From NCBI GenBank assembly GCA_965234725.1, contig CBDDUX010000024.1, forward strand, positions 1 to 56,474: a stretch of DNA of 56,474 nucleotides, read 5' to 3'. Made by a program: the position numbers and the translations under genes. Positions within the stretch are counted from its first letter, which is position 1. Every line of letters begins with the position of its first letter. Under the pieces are notes generated by a model. It ran no database searches. It was not told the origin of the DNA and was given only the letters and a program-made list of their open reading frames with translations. The DNA is from Thermoplasmatota archaeon. Lineage in GTDB: Archaea > Thermoplasmatota > Penumbrarchaeia > Penumbrarchaeales > Penumbrarchaeaceae. Below, one piece after another: positions 1 through 9,288 of this stretch.

Positions 1-151
1 TCGCAGGGCCTTTGTAATCATCATGGATGATGATCAATAATTATGCAACACAGCACTTTAAAAATCATTATAATGAATTGATAACCGTTTTGGTCTGATA
101 TTTTTAGATACCTCGACATTTTACCTTGTTGTGATCATTAGATCAACGGTA

Positions 152-201
152 TATAAATATAAACTTTATGTGAAAAAACATATATACGTTAAAAAACATA
201 T
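152..201 (+). promoter_or_regulatory. Promoter (TATA) and probable antitoxin operator of the toxin-antitoxin pair
   Basis: TATAAATA at 152-159, then two imperfect repeats ATGTGAAAAAACATAT (168-183) and ACGTTAAAAAACATAT (186-201), each with A(T/C)GT-N6-ACAT dyad symmetry, just upstream of the ATG at 214. Confidence 0.5.
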
Positions 202-213
202 TACTATGATAAC

Positions 214-444
214 ATGGTAAGCATGACCCTATCAATACCCGAAGACCTTAATCAGTTGATTAAGAAGCACAATGAGATCAGATGGAGCGAGATCGCAAGA
301 AGGGCGATGTGGGATTACGCATCGAAACTTGAGATACTTGATGAGATCGCCTCAAAGAGCAAACTAACGGAAGATGATGTTGAGGAGATCAATAAAGAGC
401 TTAAAAAGGCTGTACATTCCCATTACAAGGGGAAAATTGAATGA
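214..444 (+). CDS. vapB: Antitoxin, ribbon-helix-helix/CopG-type (VapB-like)
   Basis: 76 aa; N-terminal MTLSIPEDL beta strand and WSEIARRAM helix typical of archaeal RHH antitoxins; ATGA overlap with the downstream PIN gene. Confidence 0.75.
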   Translation: MVSMTLSIPEDLNQLIKKHNEIRWSEIARRAMWDYASKLEILDEIASKSKLTEDDVEEINKELKKAVHSHYKGKIE

Positions 445-866
445 GACTTGTGGTAGACACAAGCGTGGTAATCTCCTCATTGCTAAAGGATTCAATGAGC
501 AGGAAGATCCTTCTACACCCTGACCTCGATCTATTCACTCCAAAATTTGTTCATATCGAGATAAAAAATCATAAAAATATGATTATGAGATATACCGGAT
601 TGGAAGAAATGGATCTTATGTTCTTACTAAACGGATTATTAAAGCATATCGAGGTAATCCCGGTTGATGATTTCAAAGAGGAGATGAAAAAGGCCTATGG
701 AATAATGAAAGATATTGATGAGGAGGATACCTCTTTTCTCGCTCTTTCCTTATTCTTGGACTGTGATGGGATCTGGTCAAATGATTCTGATTATACCAGA
801 CAGGATTCAGTAAAAGTATGGAAAACCCATGACCTGAAGAAGGTATTAAAGATAAGCGAATTCTGA
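441..866 (+). CDS. vapC: PIN-domain toxin (VapC-like ribonuclease)
   Basis: 141 aa; LVVDTSVVIS, E40 region, DEED..F and IWSND acidic PIN motifs; translationally coupled to the antitoxin. Confidence 0.85.
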   Translation: MRLVVDTSVVISSLLKDSMSRKILLHPDLDLFTPKFVHIEIKNHKNMIMRYTGLEEMDLMFLLNGLLKHIEVIPVDDFKEEMKKAYGIMKDIDEEDTSFLALSLFLDCDGIWSNDSDYTRQDSVKVWKTHDLKKVLKISEF

Positions 867-971
867 ATAACAGATAATATCAGGGCGATCAAAGGTGTTA
901 AACACGGAGAACTTGTGATAACAAGATCACATGTTTGATCTTACAAGGACCTTGCCAATAAGATCAATATG

Positions 972-2630
972 TCAGAACTCGGTCAGAACCACTTCAATTG
1001 CTTGAGTGTAACTATCCTTGTCTCCATCAGAATCAGTAACCGTCAATGTCACCTCATACATACCATGACCTGGAAAGATATGATTTGGATTTTGAGTGAC
1101 CGAATAACCCCCATCCCCGAAATCCCAGAAGTAATGTTGTGGATGATTTCCGGAAAAAACTGACGGGTAGAATAAGAATAAAGATTGATCAAACGGATTC
1201 TGCTGGTATTGGAAAAACACAACAGGGACCGAATCGTTCGACAGATCGATCTCTATCTCCGCATATCCCTTCCTACCCTGCTCATCCTCCACCTCTAGAC
1301 TGATTATAGATATTCCCAACGGAAATGGTTGAGTTACAATATGCTTACCATCACCTATCCGTTCTTCATTCAGATACCATGTATAGGTCACTTCAAGATT
1401 GTTGCGGTTCGTGACATCACCGGTAAGATCTAGTCTCCCTCCCCCTCTATCATTTGCCATTATCACAGGTTGAGGAGAGTCTGGACCCTGAACGTCGATC
1501 ATTACGGTCTCCCTGAAGATCCTATCAATTCTATCCACAACTATCAAATCAACCTGATAAAGTCCCGGTTCCGTATATGTATAGTTGAAGCTCGGAACTG
1601 TGGTTATTGCCACTAACCCGTTGCCAAGGACCCAGTTATATGTATGTTCACCGGGAATGCTGTTTGAAACGGTTGCTGTCAATTCTACCAAAAGAGGAAA
1701 GAAACCGAAGTCAGGATCTACCACAAGGTCAATATTGAACCTATCACCGATATCCGGAAATTCCTGGTCTATTTGGATATCACTTGTAACCGTGACCTCG
1801 AGAGTATCACTTATGTTCACCACTTCAAATCCATTATCTATACCAATGAGGAATGTGACATTGTAGATGCCAGGATCAGTGTAAGTATGAAATGTGCGTG
1901 ATATGCTCCACCATATAGGATTGGATGGATCGTAATCGGGGGGGTAAGTCCCGCTTCCATAGGTGATGGCAAATGGTGATGTCATATTCTCCGGATCGAA
2001 ATCGGAATAATCATAGTAGTAATAACTACCATCTCCGAAGGACCACAGTAGCCAGTAAGATGGCATATTGAAACCTCCTGAGCCAAATCTGTTTTGGGTC
2101 CTTACCATGAAGAAAGCCGAATGATTGACAAGTAGATCTGAATATGGATATACATCAACCTGTAGATTTAAATCATTGTAAACTTGATCCATTTCGATGT
2201 CCGATCCAGGGAAATCCATTCCCATATATCTGTCTCCAATGATCGTATCTGTCATGGAACTTTCCGGACCTGTTTCCACCATTACTGAATCGGTATCAAT
2301 ACCAAGTTCCATGTTATCGGATGTGAGTATGATCTCGAATGTTCCAGGCTCCTCGAAGTGGATAACAGGGTTCTGTTCATTGGAAATAAAGGATCCATTT
2401 CCCCATTCCCAGAGAAAGCTGTATGGAGACCCTTCTAAAATATCGCAATAGAATTGGACATCTTGTGGTGGATTGATCACACATTGCTCATCATAGAGTA
2501 TCCTGACATTGGTTCCTTCATCATCACCGCTATTATCATGTATTGCTATTGGTATCGCAATTGCCCCAAATATCAGCCCAGCTAAGATGAATCCCCCTGC
2601 AAAAAGCGGTAACAGTCCTCCTCCTGCCAT
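972..2630 (-). CDS. N-terminally anchored multi-PKD-domain surface protein
   Basis: Hydrophobic N-terminus; repeated PKD signatures (WEWGNG..NP, WSFGDG, HTYTDPGIYNVT, YTYTEPGLYQV, WDFGDG..NPNH..GMYEVTLTVTD). Confidence 0.8.
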   Translation of the reverse strand: MAGGGLLPLFAGGFILAGLIFGAIAIPIAIHDNSGDDEGTNVRILYDEQCVINPPQDVQFYCDILEGSPYSFLWEWGNGSFISNEQNPVIHFEEPGTFEIILTSDNMELGIDTDSVMVETGPESSMTDTIIGDRYMGMDFPGSDIEMDQVYNDLNLQVDVYPYSDLLVNHSAFFMVRTQNRFGSGGFNMPSYWLLWSFGDGSYYYYDYSDFDPENMTSPFAITYGSGTYPPDYDPSNPIWWSISRTFHTYTDPGIYNVTFLIGIDNGFEVVNISDTLEVTVTSDIQIDQEFPDIGDRFNIDLVVDPDFGFFPLLVELTATVSNSIPGEHTYNWVLGNGLVAITTVPSFNYTYTEPGLYQVDLIVVDRIDRIFRETVMIDVQGPDSPQPVIMANDRGGGRLDLTGDVTNRNNLEVTYTWYLNEERIGDGKHIVTQPFPLGISIISLEVEDEQGRKGYAEIEIDLSNDSVPVVFFQYQQNPFDQSLFLFYPSVFSGNHPQHYFWDFGDGGYSVTQNPNHIFPGHGMYEVTLTVTDSDGDKDSYTQAIEVVLTEF

Positions 2631-2795
2631 GTTATATCTCCTCAGGATTCCAAATCCATGTCATCCATATATTTGAGAATAGTAATATGTTTCCATCGGA
2701 GAAGGGAAAATTAGTTAAAGCCTCATGTTCAATTCTAATTTAGGGATGAGGAACGGGAAGATTGTTCCGAACTTGGATCATTAGGGGTTGGAAGA

Positions 2796-5700
2796 ATGAG
2801 GAAAGATCTTCAGAAGGTCTCCGTATTCGCATTGGTATTGGTTATGACCGTTGTATCATTCAGCTGTATACCAAATTCAGGAATGGCATCGGTAAGAGGT
2901 CCTTATCCAACCATGGCACGCTTGCACGTAAATGTAACATATCCGGATGGCGGACCAGCATCGTATGTGTATTTGAGGGTACACAATTACGACAACCCGT
3001 ATTCAAATTACTACAGTGACAAGGGGACTACAAACAACACTGGTCAGGAATGGATCGATATCACTTCCTGGAATTTGGGCCCATGCTATCTGACAGTATA
3101 TAACTATTCCAAATCATCTTTTTCCAGATTCAGGATAGATATCTGGCCCGATGATGAGACATACCTGGAGGTGGTTCTTTCTCCATCCCTTGAAGATGAG
3201 ATCACATTGATGGGAACCGTCTACAACAAGACCGCAGGATCACCAATCCCTCAGACCACAACCATCATGGCTACCGGTGAGGATACTCTCGGAAATAAGT
3301 TCCAGATATCTAATCTGACCCAGGAAGATGGATCCTACAGGATCGATATGCCTCCATCGGAAAAAATGGTGTTGATAAATGCGGTTGTTTCTCACCCATC
3401 AATTGAATTCCTCCCGTTTTCATCCCACTTCTTCTTTGATCCGGATATGAAAGACCACCATTTGGACATAGAACTCAGCATGATCCATGTGATGGATGTT
3501 CCGGTCGATCTCAGATTAATGGATTCAAACAAGGGTGCACCGGTGGATGATAATGATATGGTAAAGTACCGGGGTTATGAAATTGGAAACGATCATGGTA
3601 AATTGAGCGATCATTACATCTGGTCCGGGATGAACGGTTGGAGGAATTTGACACTTGGAAATGGTGAATACATTTTCACCTGGAGGCATGATTATAATGA
3701 TCCCCTGAACTGCCAGGTTTCTGCAGATATTCCCCTATATGTGAATTCCACACCAATATCCGAAGAAATACCCATCCCGATCCCCTCGGATTTCAGAAAT
3801 ATTGAGATCAAAGTGCTGGATCACACCACTGGACAACCTCTTTACGGGGCAACAATATCCTTCTCCTACCAAATTGAAAGATCAAACGGTCCGGCTTTCG
3901 GTTTCTCCTCAGCCTATATCACATCCAATAATACAGGCATCGCCCATTTTGGGATCCTATCCGGCCAGGAGGTTAAAATCAAAATATTGAGGTGGGATCG
4001 AGAGGTGAAAATAATAACCATTCCGCCTGGCCAACAGGGAGAGGATCTGAACATCACAGTACGGCTCAAGGAAAAACAGTTAGGAGAGCCTGTATATGGT
4101 AATATCTCTGCCAGGGTAAAGGAGAAGATATCAGGCATTCCCATCCCCTATGCTCATGTCATGGGAAAGGGTTCTGACGAGTACCCGTTCCTGAGCTTTG
4201 AGGGTTTAACTGATAAAGGAGGATACTTCAATTCGACCGTTCAAGTTGGGACCTACGACATTACCGCTGAAAGCTCACTCGGTTCCGGAAAGAGAGATGG
4301 AGTGGCGGTATCGTTTGATGATGAGACTGCTCTTGAGATCGAACTTGAAAGAAGGAGCTTTGAAAACAAGCTACATGAGATCGGATTAATGCTCATGGAT
4401 CCCGAAGGGAATCCAGTTCCACATCAACCTATTACCTTCACTCCGATAGAATCGGGAGTCGGTATATCCACCGGTTCCAATGATGAAGGCATCGTAAGGG
4501 CCTCCTTGCCCTTTGGAGAATATATATTGGATAATATCAATAATTTCAGATATTTTTCGTTGAATCGTCCAAAATGGGTTATACCGGAGATGACGAGGAT
4601 ATCCGTAACCGAAGAAGGAGAACTTGGACCGTTGACGGTCTATCCTGCAAACTCTCTGAATGAGATCTCCGGAACTGTTAAAGAGTTGGGAACCGGAAAG
4701 ACCCTTCCGTTCAAGATGATAGAGGCCTCATCAGAGGATGACGAAGGGGTCCTTCTCTTCAAAGAGACTTCTGGATCTCAACCTGACGGCTACTACAGGA
4801 CCTGGGGGACGGGTCTGGTTGAGATCTCATCCGAATCGGAGGGATACTTCCCCCACAAGGAGATCCTTGATCTTCATACCAGATCCACAAAGATACACGA
4901 TATTGTAATGGAACCCATGCTGGACCATTCGACATGGATCAATGGAACCATCGTGGATTCAAATGACGAACCCATCAAGGGTGAAGTTCAGATAATTGAT
5001 ATTGACCGTAACGATTTCATTGTTAACACCAATTCAACCTCCCTCGATGGCAGATTCTCAATGAGCACCTATCCGGGGAGATTCCGAATTGAATATTCCA
5101 ACCTCACATTGGAAAATCAAATTTACATTGATGTCTCCTCTGACGGTTTGAATGATTTGAAATTGATCTTACTCCCCCTTACAACAATTACAGGAGTGGT
5201 TTCAAACTGGTCAGGTGAACCCATTCAGAATGTCAAAGTGGAGTTGCTGCAAATTGGAAGCGAGATCAATGTTTCTTTGGAGGAAATAATGACTGATAAG
5301 AATAGAGGCTTCACCTTCCAGGTCGAAGCAGGGACCTATATGGTTGGAATAGAAGGGAGCGATCTCCTTGATGGGTGGAATTCCGGTCTTCTTATCGCCA
5401 CAGGTTGGAACAAATTCGATCTTAACATAGGACTTTCCAACAGGACCACATCCACCGTTACCGGGACCGTATTCTATGATGGAGGACCTTTTTCGGGTGG
5501 GATCTCCGGATCGAAGGTCAAGCTCTTGAATGAATTGGGGAATATCGTTGGGATCAAGGACTCCGATCTATCTGGCAACTTCAGGTTCGAGAAAGTTCCA
5601 CATGGATCGGGATACAGATTGGAGGCAGAGCCTCCCTTGGATCTGAAAGGGCTTGAACGGACCTACAGGTCGGGACTTTTCTCGAATTCTATGATCTCCT

Positions 5701-6785
5701 TTGAGGTTTCCGGTATGGGGATCTTCAAAGATATCTACCTGCCTTATTTCGAGTTCACCCCCCCGGGTTACTTCAACATCACAAATGTTTCCCCTACCGG
5801 TGCTGGTATATTCGTTGATGAACCGATAAGGATGAGTTTCTCATCACCGATTAACAGGACCTCTCTTGCAGAAAACTTACACATAATGCCCGAAGTTAAC
5901 AATCTCACCTATATCTTCGATCCAGTCGGAAAATCCATTGAGGTCCATCATGATCCATTCGACCCCGTTACAGGTTATTCCATCTCGGTCTCGACCGATC
6001 TCCTTTCAATGGGGGATCTTAAACTGTGGGGCAACGGTCCCTTTTTGTTTAATTTCACCACAGGATCGGAAAAGGGAGCATGGAGGATCACCGCATCCTT
6101 TGTCGATGTTGATACTGATAAGGAATGGAACATAACTGCAATAGGGCCAAAGGACCAGGAAGTTTACATCGTCATAGAAGGGGTCGGATCCTTCCCCCTC
6201 GAGGAAGGATACCGATCCGAGAACTCATCCGAATACACCATTTCGATAGATGGTGAAAATTTTGAATGGAATACTACCTATGCCTATCACTTCTCAAGCA
6301 TCGAGGATGGACCGGATATGGCAGTGGAGTTCTCCGGATGGATCCGAACCCTCGACGGACCCGTTTATAAAACTCCGGAATGGAAGGTCCATTCAACCGA
6401 TGTTCTGTTGAAGGATGATGGAGACCTCCATGTCATAGTAAATGCAAACGAGAACCTTACGATATTCATAGTTATATACGGAATAGGATCCTTCCTCCTC
6501 GACCAGATCGAGCTTGGATCATACAAGAGCACGATACCGGGATCTAATTTTGAAAAAGGGAAGAGATATGAATTCCACTTTTCTGATTCCGAGGACGGAG
6601 AGGACCTGGCACCTTCTCAAAAAGGCTCCTTTAAGACAAAGGACAAAGAGAAAGAAGGGACCTCATTGCTACCATTCCTTCTAATCGGTCTTGCTTTGAT
6701 ATGTTTGATCATAGGAATTTCCATAATGGTCGTCTGGATCTCCAGACGATCTGGTAAGGAAGAGATCGAAGGCTTCGAGGAATGA
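2796..6785 (+). CDS. Large secreted, C-terminally anchored surface protein with carboxypeptidase-regulatory-like and Ig-like (Big_5-type) domains
   Basis: Signal peptide; repeated 'G.V.D..G.PI..A.V' and 'TD..G.F' modules; 'VSPTG...VDEPIRMSFS.PIN' Ig-like module; C-terminal TM helix followed by RR and an acidic tail; many N-X-S/T sequons. Confidence 0.75.
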   Translation: MRKDLQKVSVFALVLVMTVVSFSCIPNSGMASVRGPYPTMARLHVNVTYPDGGPASYVYLRVHNYDNPYSNYYSDKGTTNNTGQEWIDITSWNLGPCYLTVYNYSKSSFSRFRIDIWPDDETYLEVVLSPSLEDEITLMGTVYNKTAGSPIPQTTTIMATGEDTLGNKFQISNLTQEDGSYRIDMPPSEKMVLINAVVSHPSIEFLPFSSHFFFDPDMKDHHLDIELSMIHVMDVPVDLRLMDSNKGAPVDDNDMVKYRGYEIGNDHGKLSDHYIWSGMNGWRNLTLGNGEYIFTWRHDYNDPLNCQVSADIPLYVNSTPISEEIPIPIPSDFRNIEIKVLDHTTGQPLYGATISFSYQIERSNGPAFGFSSAYITSNNTGIAHFGILSGQEVKIKILRWDREVKIITIPPGQQGEDLNITVRLKEKQLGEPVYGNISARVKEKISGIPIPYAHVMGKGSDEYPFLSFEGLTDKGGYFNSTVQVGTYDITAESSLGSGKRDGVAVSFDDETALEIELERRSFENKLHEIGLMLMDPEGNPVPHQPITFTPIESGVGISTGSNDEGIVRASLPFGEYILDNINNFRYFSLNRPKWVIPEMTRISVTEEGELGPLTVYPANSLNEISGTVKELGTGKTLPFKMIEASSEDDEGVLLFKETSGSQPDGYYRTWGTGLVEISSESEGYFPHKEILDLHTRSTKIHDIVMEPMLDHSTWINGTIVDSNDEPIKGEVQIIDIDRNDFIVNTNSTSLDGRFSMSTYPGRFRIEYSNLTLENQIYIDVSSDGLNDLKLILLPLTTITGVVSNWSGEPIQNVKVELLQIGSEINVSLEEIMTDKNRGFTFQVEAGTYMVGIEGSDLLDGWNSGLLIATGWNKFDLNIGLSNRTTSTVTGTVFYDGGPFSGGISGSKVKLLNELGNIVGIKDSDLSGNFRFEKVPHGSGYRLEAEPPLDLKGLERTYRSGLFSNSMISFEVSGMGIFKDIYLPYFEFTPPGYFNITNVSPTGAGIFVDEPIRMSFSSPINRTSLAENLHIMPEVNNLTYIFDPVGKSIEVHHDPFDPVTGYSISVSTDLLSMGDLKLWGNGPFLFNFTTGSEKGAWRITASFVDVDTDKEWNITAIGPKDQEVYIVIEGVGSFPLEEGYRSENSSEYTISIDGENFEWNTTYAYHFSSIEDGPDMAVEFSGWIRTLDGPVYKTPEWKVHSTDVLLKDDGDLHVIVNANENLTIFIVIYGIGSFLLDQIELGSYKSTIPGSNFEKGKRYEFHFSDSEDGEDLAPSQKGSFKTKDKEKEGTSLLPFLLIGLALICLIIGISIMVVWISRRSGKEEIEGFEE

Positions 6786-6792
6786 GTGGACC

Positions 6793-7662
6793 TTAGAGCC
6801 TTCCCTGGGCCTTCAACTCATCAAGGTACAACTTGATCTTCTCTTTCAGGTCCGGGTCCAGAAGAGCGACCTGAAGGTTGGCCTTCAGCCAATCGCTGAC
6901 AGATCCTATATCGACCCTTAGGCCTTGAACGACCATTCCGTATAATCCCTTTGTATCGATATAATTTGCAAGGGAATCGGTAAGCTGGAGCTCTCCTCCG
7001 TGACCGGTCTGGGATCCTCTGAGCCAGGTGAAGATATCATGGTCAAGAATATACCGTCCCATCACGGCCATCCTTGAGGGGGCCTCCTCTTTCTTGGGTT
7101 TCTCCACGATCTTCGTGAGCTTGAAAAGACCTGGACTTACTTCCTCACCAAGCTCAACAATCCCGTATCTCTCCACATGGTCCTCGGGAACCTCCTCCAG
7201 TGCAATGACAGGGGCCTTCACCTTGAGATGGGCCTCCCATAGTTGCTTGATGGCCGGTATCTCGGATATTATGATATCATCACCCAGAAGGACTGCGAAG
7301 GCCTCGTTCCCGACATATGTCTCTGAGCAAAGGACCGCATCTCCCAAGCCCCTCTGGTGCTTCTGTCTGAGGTAGAAAAGGTCAGCGAGTCCCTCGATCT
7401 TCTCCAGCTCTCTCAAAGCTTCCTCCTTTCCCTTGCTCTTCAGAAGCTCCCTCAGTTCAAGGTTCCTGTCGAAATGGTCCTCCATCACCTTCTTGTTCCT
7501 GTTGGTGATTATGAGTATCTGATCGAACCCACCATGGGAAGCTTCTTCCACCACATACTGGATCGCAGGTTTGTTGAGGATGGGCATCATTTCCTTTGGT
7601 TGTGACTTGGTAATGGGGAGCAGTCTGGTCCCGAGACCTGCTGCCGGAATGACGGCTTTCAT
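6793..7662 (-). CDS. galU: UTP--glucose-1-phosphate uridylyltransferase
   Basis: KAVIPAAGLGTRLLPITK..PKEM, IQYVVEEA, EDHFD, RQ....GLGDAV, LLGDD, VEKP, GELQLTD. Confidence 0.93.
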   Translation of the reverse strand: MKAVIPAAGLGTRLLPITKSQPKEMMPILNKPAIQYVVEEASHGGFDQILIITNRNKKVMEDHFDRNLELRELLKSKGKEEALRELEKIEGLADLFYLRQKHQRGLGDAVLCSETYVGNEAFAVLLGDDIIISEIPAIKQLWEAHLKVKAPVIALEEVPEDHVERYGIVELGEEVSPGLFKLTKIVEKPKKEEAPSRMAVMGRYILDHDIFTWLRGSQTGHGGELQLTDSLANYIDTKGLYGMVVQGLRVDIGSVSDWLKANLQVALLDPDLKEKIKLYLDELKAQGRL

Positions 7663-7709
7663 GAATGTCCTCCTGGGCCGATGAAGGGAGACTGTATAGA
7701 AAAAACCTT

Positions 7710-9035
7710 TTATTCGGCATCCTCAAGGGTCCGATCCAGAGTACCACCGTGGGACGACACTGCCTTAGAGATAGATCCCACCCAGCGCTCCTCAAGACCG
7801 CAATCTATCAATGCCTCGTTATCGGTGTAAACAACATGCATCTGAGAAGAGACCTTCCTGATGGTATTGAGGATCTCCTTGCTGATCCTTTCAACAGGGA
7901 TCCTGATGGCAACATCCACCAATGGGGGAAGTAATGTGACTATTGCTTCCTGGAGTTCTTCTATTCCCAACCCTTTCAGGGCCGAAATACTTTCCCAACC
8001 ATCCAGCATGGAAGCCGTTTCCTCATCCAGGTCCCTCTCAGGATCGAACCGTTCGCCCTCCGGTTCCCTGTCGACCTTGTTCATGACCAGTATTATCTTC
8101 CCCCTGCAGTTTCCCTTCCTGAGGATATCCATAGACTCCCTGACCTTCCCGTAAGCTTTTTCGCTATCCTCTGAAACGTCCAGAAGGAGGAGGACAATAT
8201 CGGCTTCGAACACTTCCTCCAGTGTGGACATGAACCCTTCCACAAGCCAGGGTGGCAGGTCCCTGATGAATCCAACGGTATCGGTGATTATGCAGTCCCT
8301 TTTTCCCTTCATCCTTCTTGTGGAGGTGGCAATGGTCGTGAACATCCTGTCGGCTGTTTCTACGGATTTATCCGTTATCCTGGTGTCGGTCAAAGCATTC
8401 ATTAGGGTCGACTTTCCCGCATTCGTATAACCCGCAACTGCAACGAGGTGAAGGCCCCTTCTCTTACGGAGGGATCTGGTCATTCCTCTTCGCTTCCTCT
8501 GTATCCTTAGCTGTTCCTTGATATGGGCCATCCTTTTGGTGGCCATCTCGTAATAGTAGTCAACACGATATTCGCCCCCTGAAAGGAATCCGGGTCTGTC
8601 GGACAGAGTTCCCTGGTGGATGTATTCCTTCAGTATGGGGAGCTGGTACCTAAGATCCGCCAGTTCCACCTGGAGGCGGGCCTCGGGGCTGGTCGCCCTC
8701 GATCTGAATAGTTCGAGTACAAGGCGGATCCTGTCCACCACCTGAAATCCGGTGACCTTCCCCATCTTGAATACTTGTGACGGATCGAGGTCCACAGGTG
8801 TTATCAGGTATTCGACACCCTCAAGTTCCTTCAGTTCCAAGAGCTTCCCTGGACCGATATAGGACACTGTCTCGGGTTGCCTTCTGTTCTGACGGACCTC
8901 AGAGATAAGATCGTATCCTGCTGATAGGCAGAGCTCCCTTGTCTCGTCAACTCTACCATCATCTGCTGATATCCAGACCAGGACGGCTTTCTTGTGAATG
9001 GATGAAGGAACCTCCATATGCGGTCCATAGAACAA
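7710..9035 (-). CDS. hflX: Ribosome-associated GTPase HflX
   Basis: YIGPGKL, DRIRLVLELF..RA...EARLQVELA, G1 GYTNAGKS, G3 DTVGFI, G4 NKVD, G5 ISA; the true start may be the downstream ATG (MEVPSS). Confidence 0.93.
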   Translation of the reverse strand: MFYGPHMEVPSSIHKKAVLVWISADDGRVDETRELCLSAGYDLISEVRQNRRQPETVSYIGPGKLLELKELEGVEYLITPVDLDPSQVFKMGKVTGFQVVDRIRLVLELFRSRATSPEARLQVELADLRYQLPILKEYIHQGTLSDRPGFLSGGEYRVDYYYEMATKRMAHIKEQLRIQRKRRGMTRSLRKRRGLHLVAVAGYTNAGKSTLMNALTDTRITDKSVETADRMFTTIATSTRRMKGKRDCIITDTVGFIRDLPPWLVEGFMSTLEEVFEADIVLLLLDVSEDSEKAYGKVRESMDILRKGNCRGKIILVMNKVDREPEGERFDPERDLDEETASMLDGWESISALKGLGIEELQEAIVTLLPPLVDVAIRIPVERISKEILNTIRKVSSQMHVVYTDNEALIDCGLEERWVGSISKAVSSHGGTLDRTLEDAE

Positions 9036-9062
9036 GGTCTATTCAATACTAATCATTATAAA

Positions 9063-9091
9063 TGAAGTCCGATCAAAGGCATCGGACTTCA
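9063..9091. repeat. Perfect 11-bp inverted repeat next to the hflX TATA box
   Basis: TGAAGTCCGAT-CAAAGGC-ATCGGACTTCA; immediately upstream (on the minus strand) of the TTTATAA element at about 9056-9062. Confidence 0.75.
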
Positions 9092-9203
9092 GACGTACAA
9101 ATCCCCCTACCCAAAACCCTCGGACGAACCTCTCAGATCTTGTTATTAATCATATAAATACAAATGTCTGAATACTGTGATTTTCCCATATGGAATAAAG
9201 AGC

Positions 9204-9246
9204 ATAGGGGCCCCATTTTCCCCCGAAAATTAGTCGGGGCCCCTAT
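9204..9246. other. Extended GC-rich hairpin (terminator, RNA processing signal or small RNA)
   Basis: ATAGGGGCCCC-ATTTTC-CCCC-GAAAAT-TAGTC-GGGGCCCCTAT: 11-bp plus 6-bp stems with a 5-nt bulge. Confidence 0.6.
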
Positions 9247-9288
9247 AGAGTGCATCCCATCAAAGATCCCATTTCTGGTCTTTCTCCA

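Noticed and set aside
1-40. Possible 3' end of an upstream CDS (…RRAFVIIMDDDQ*)
   Set aside because: Only 12 codons visible, so it cannot be supported
9183-9210. Possible ORB (Orc1/Cdc6 origin box), TTCCCATATGGAATAAAG...GGGG, near DP1
   Set aside because: Single, poor match to the ORB consensus and no orc1/cdc6 gene in the window
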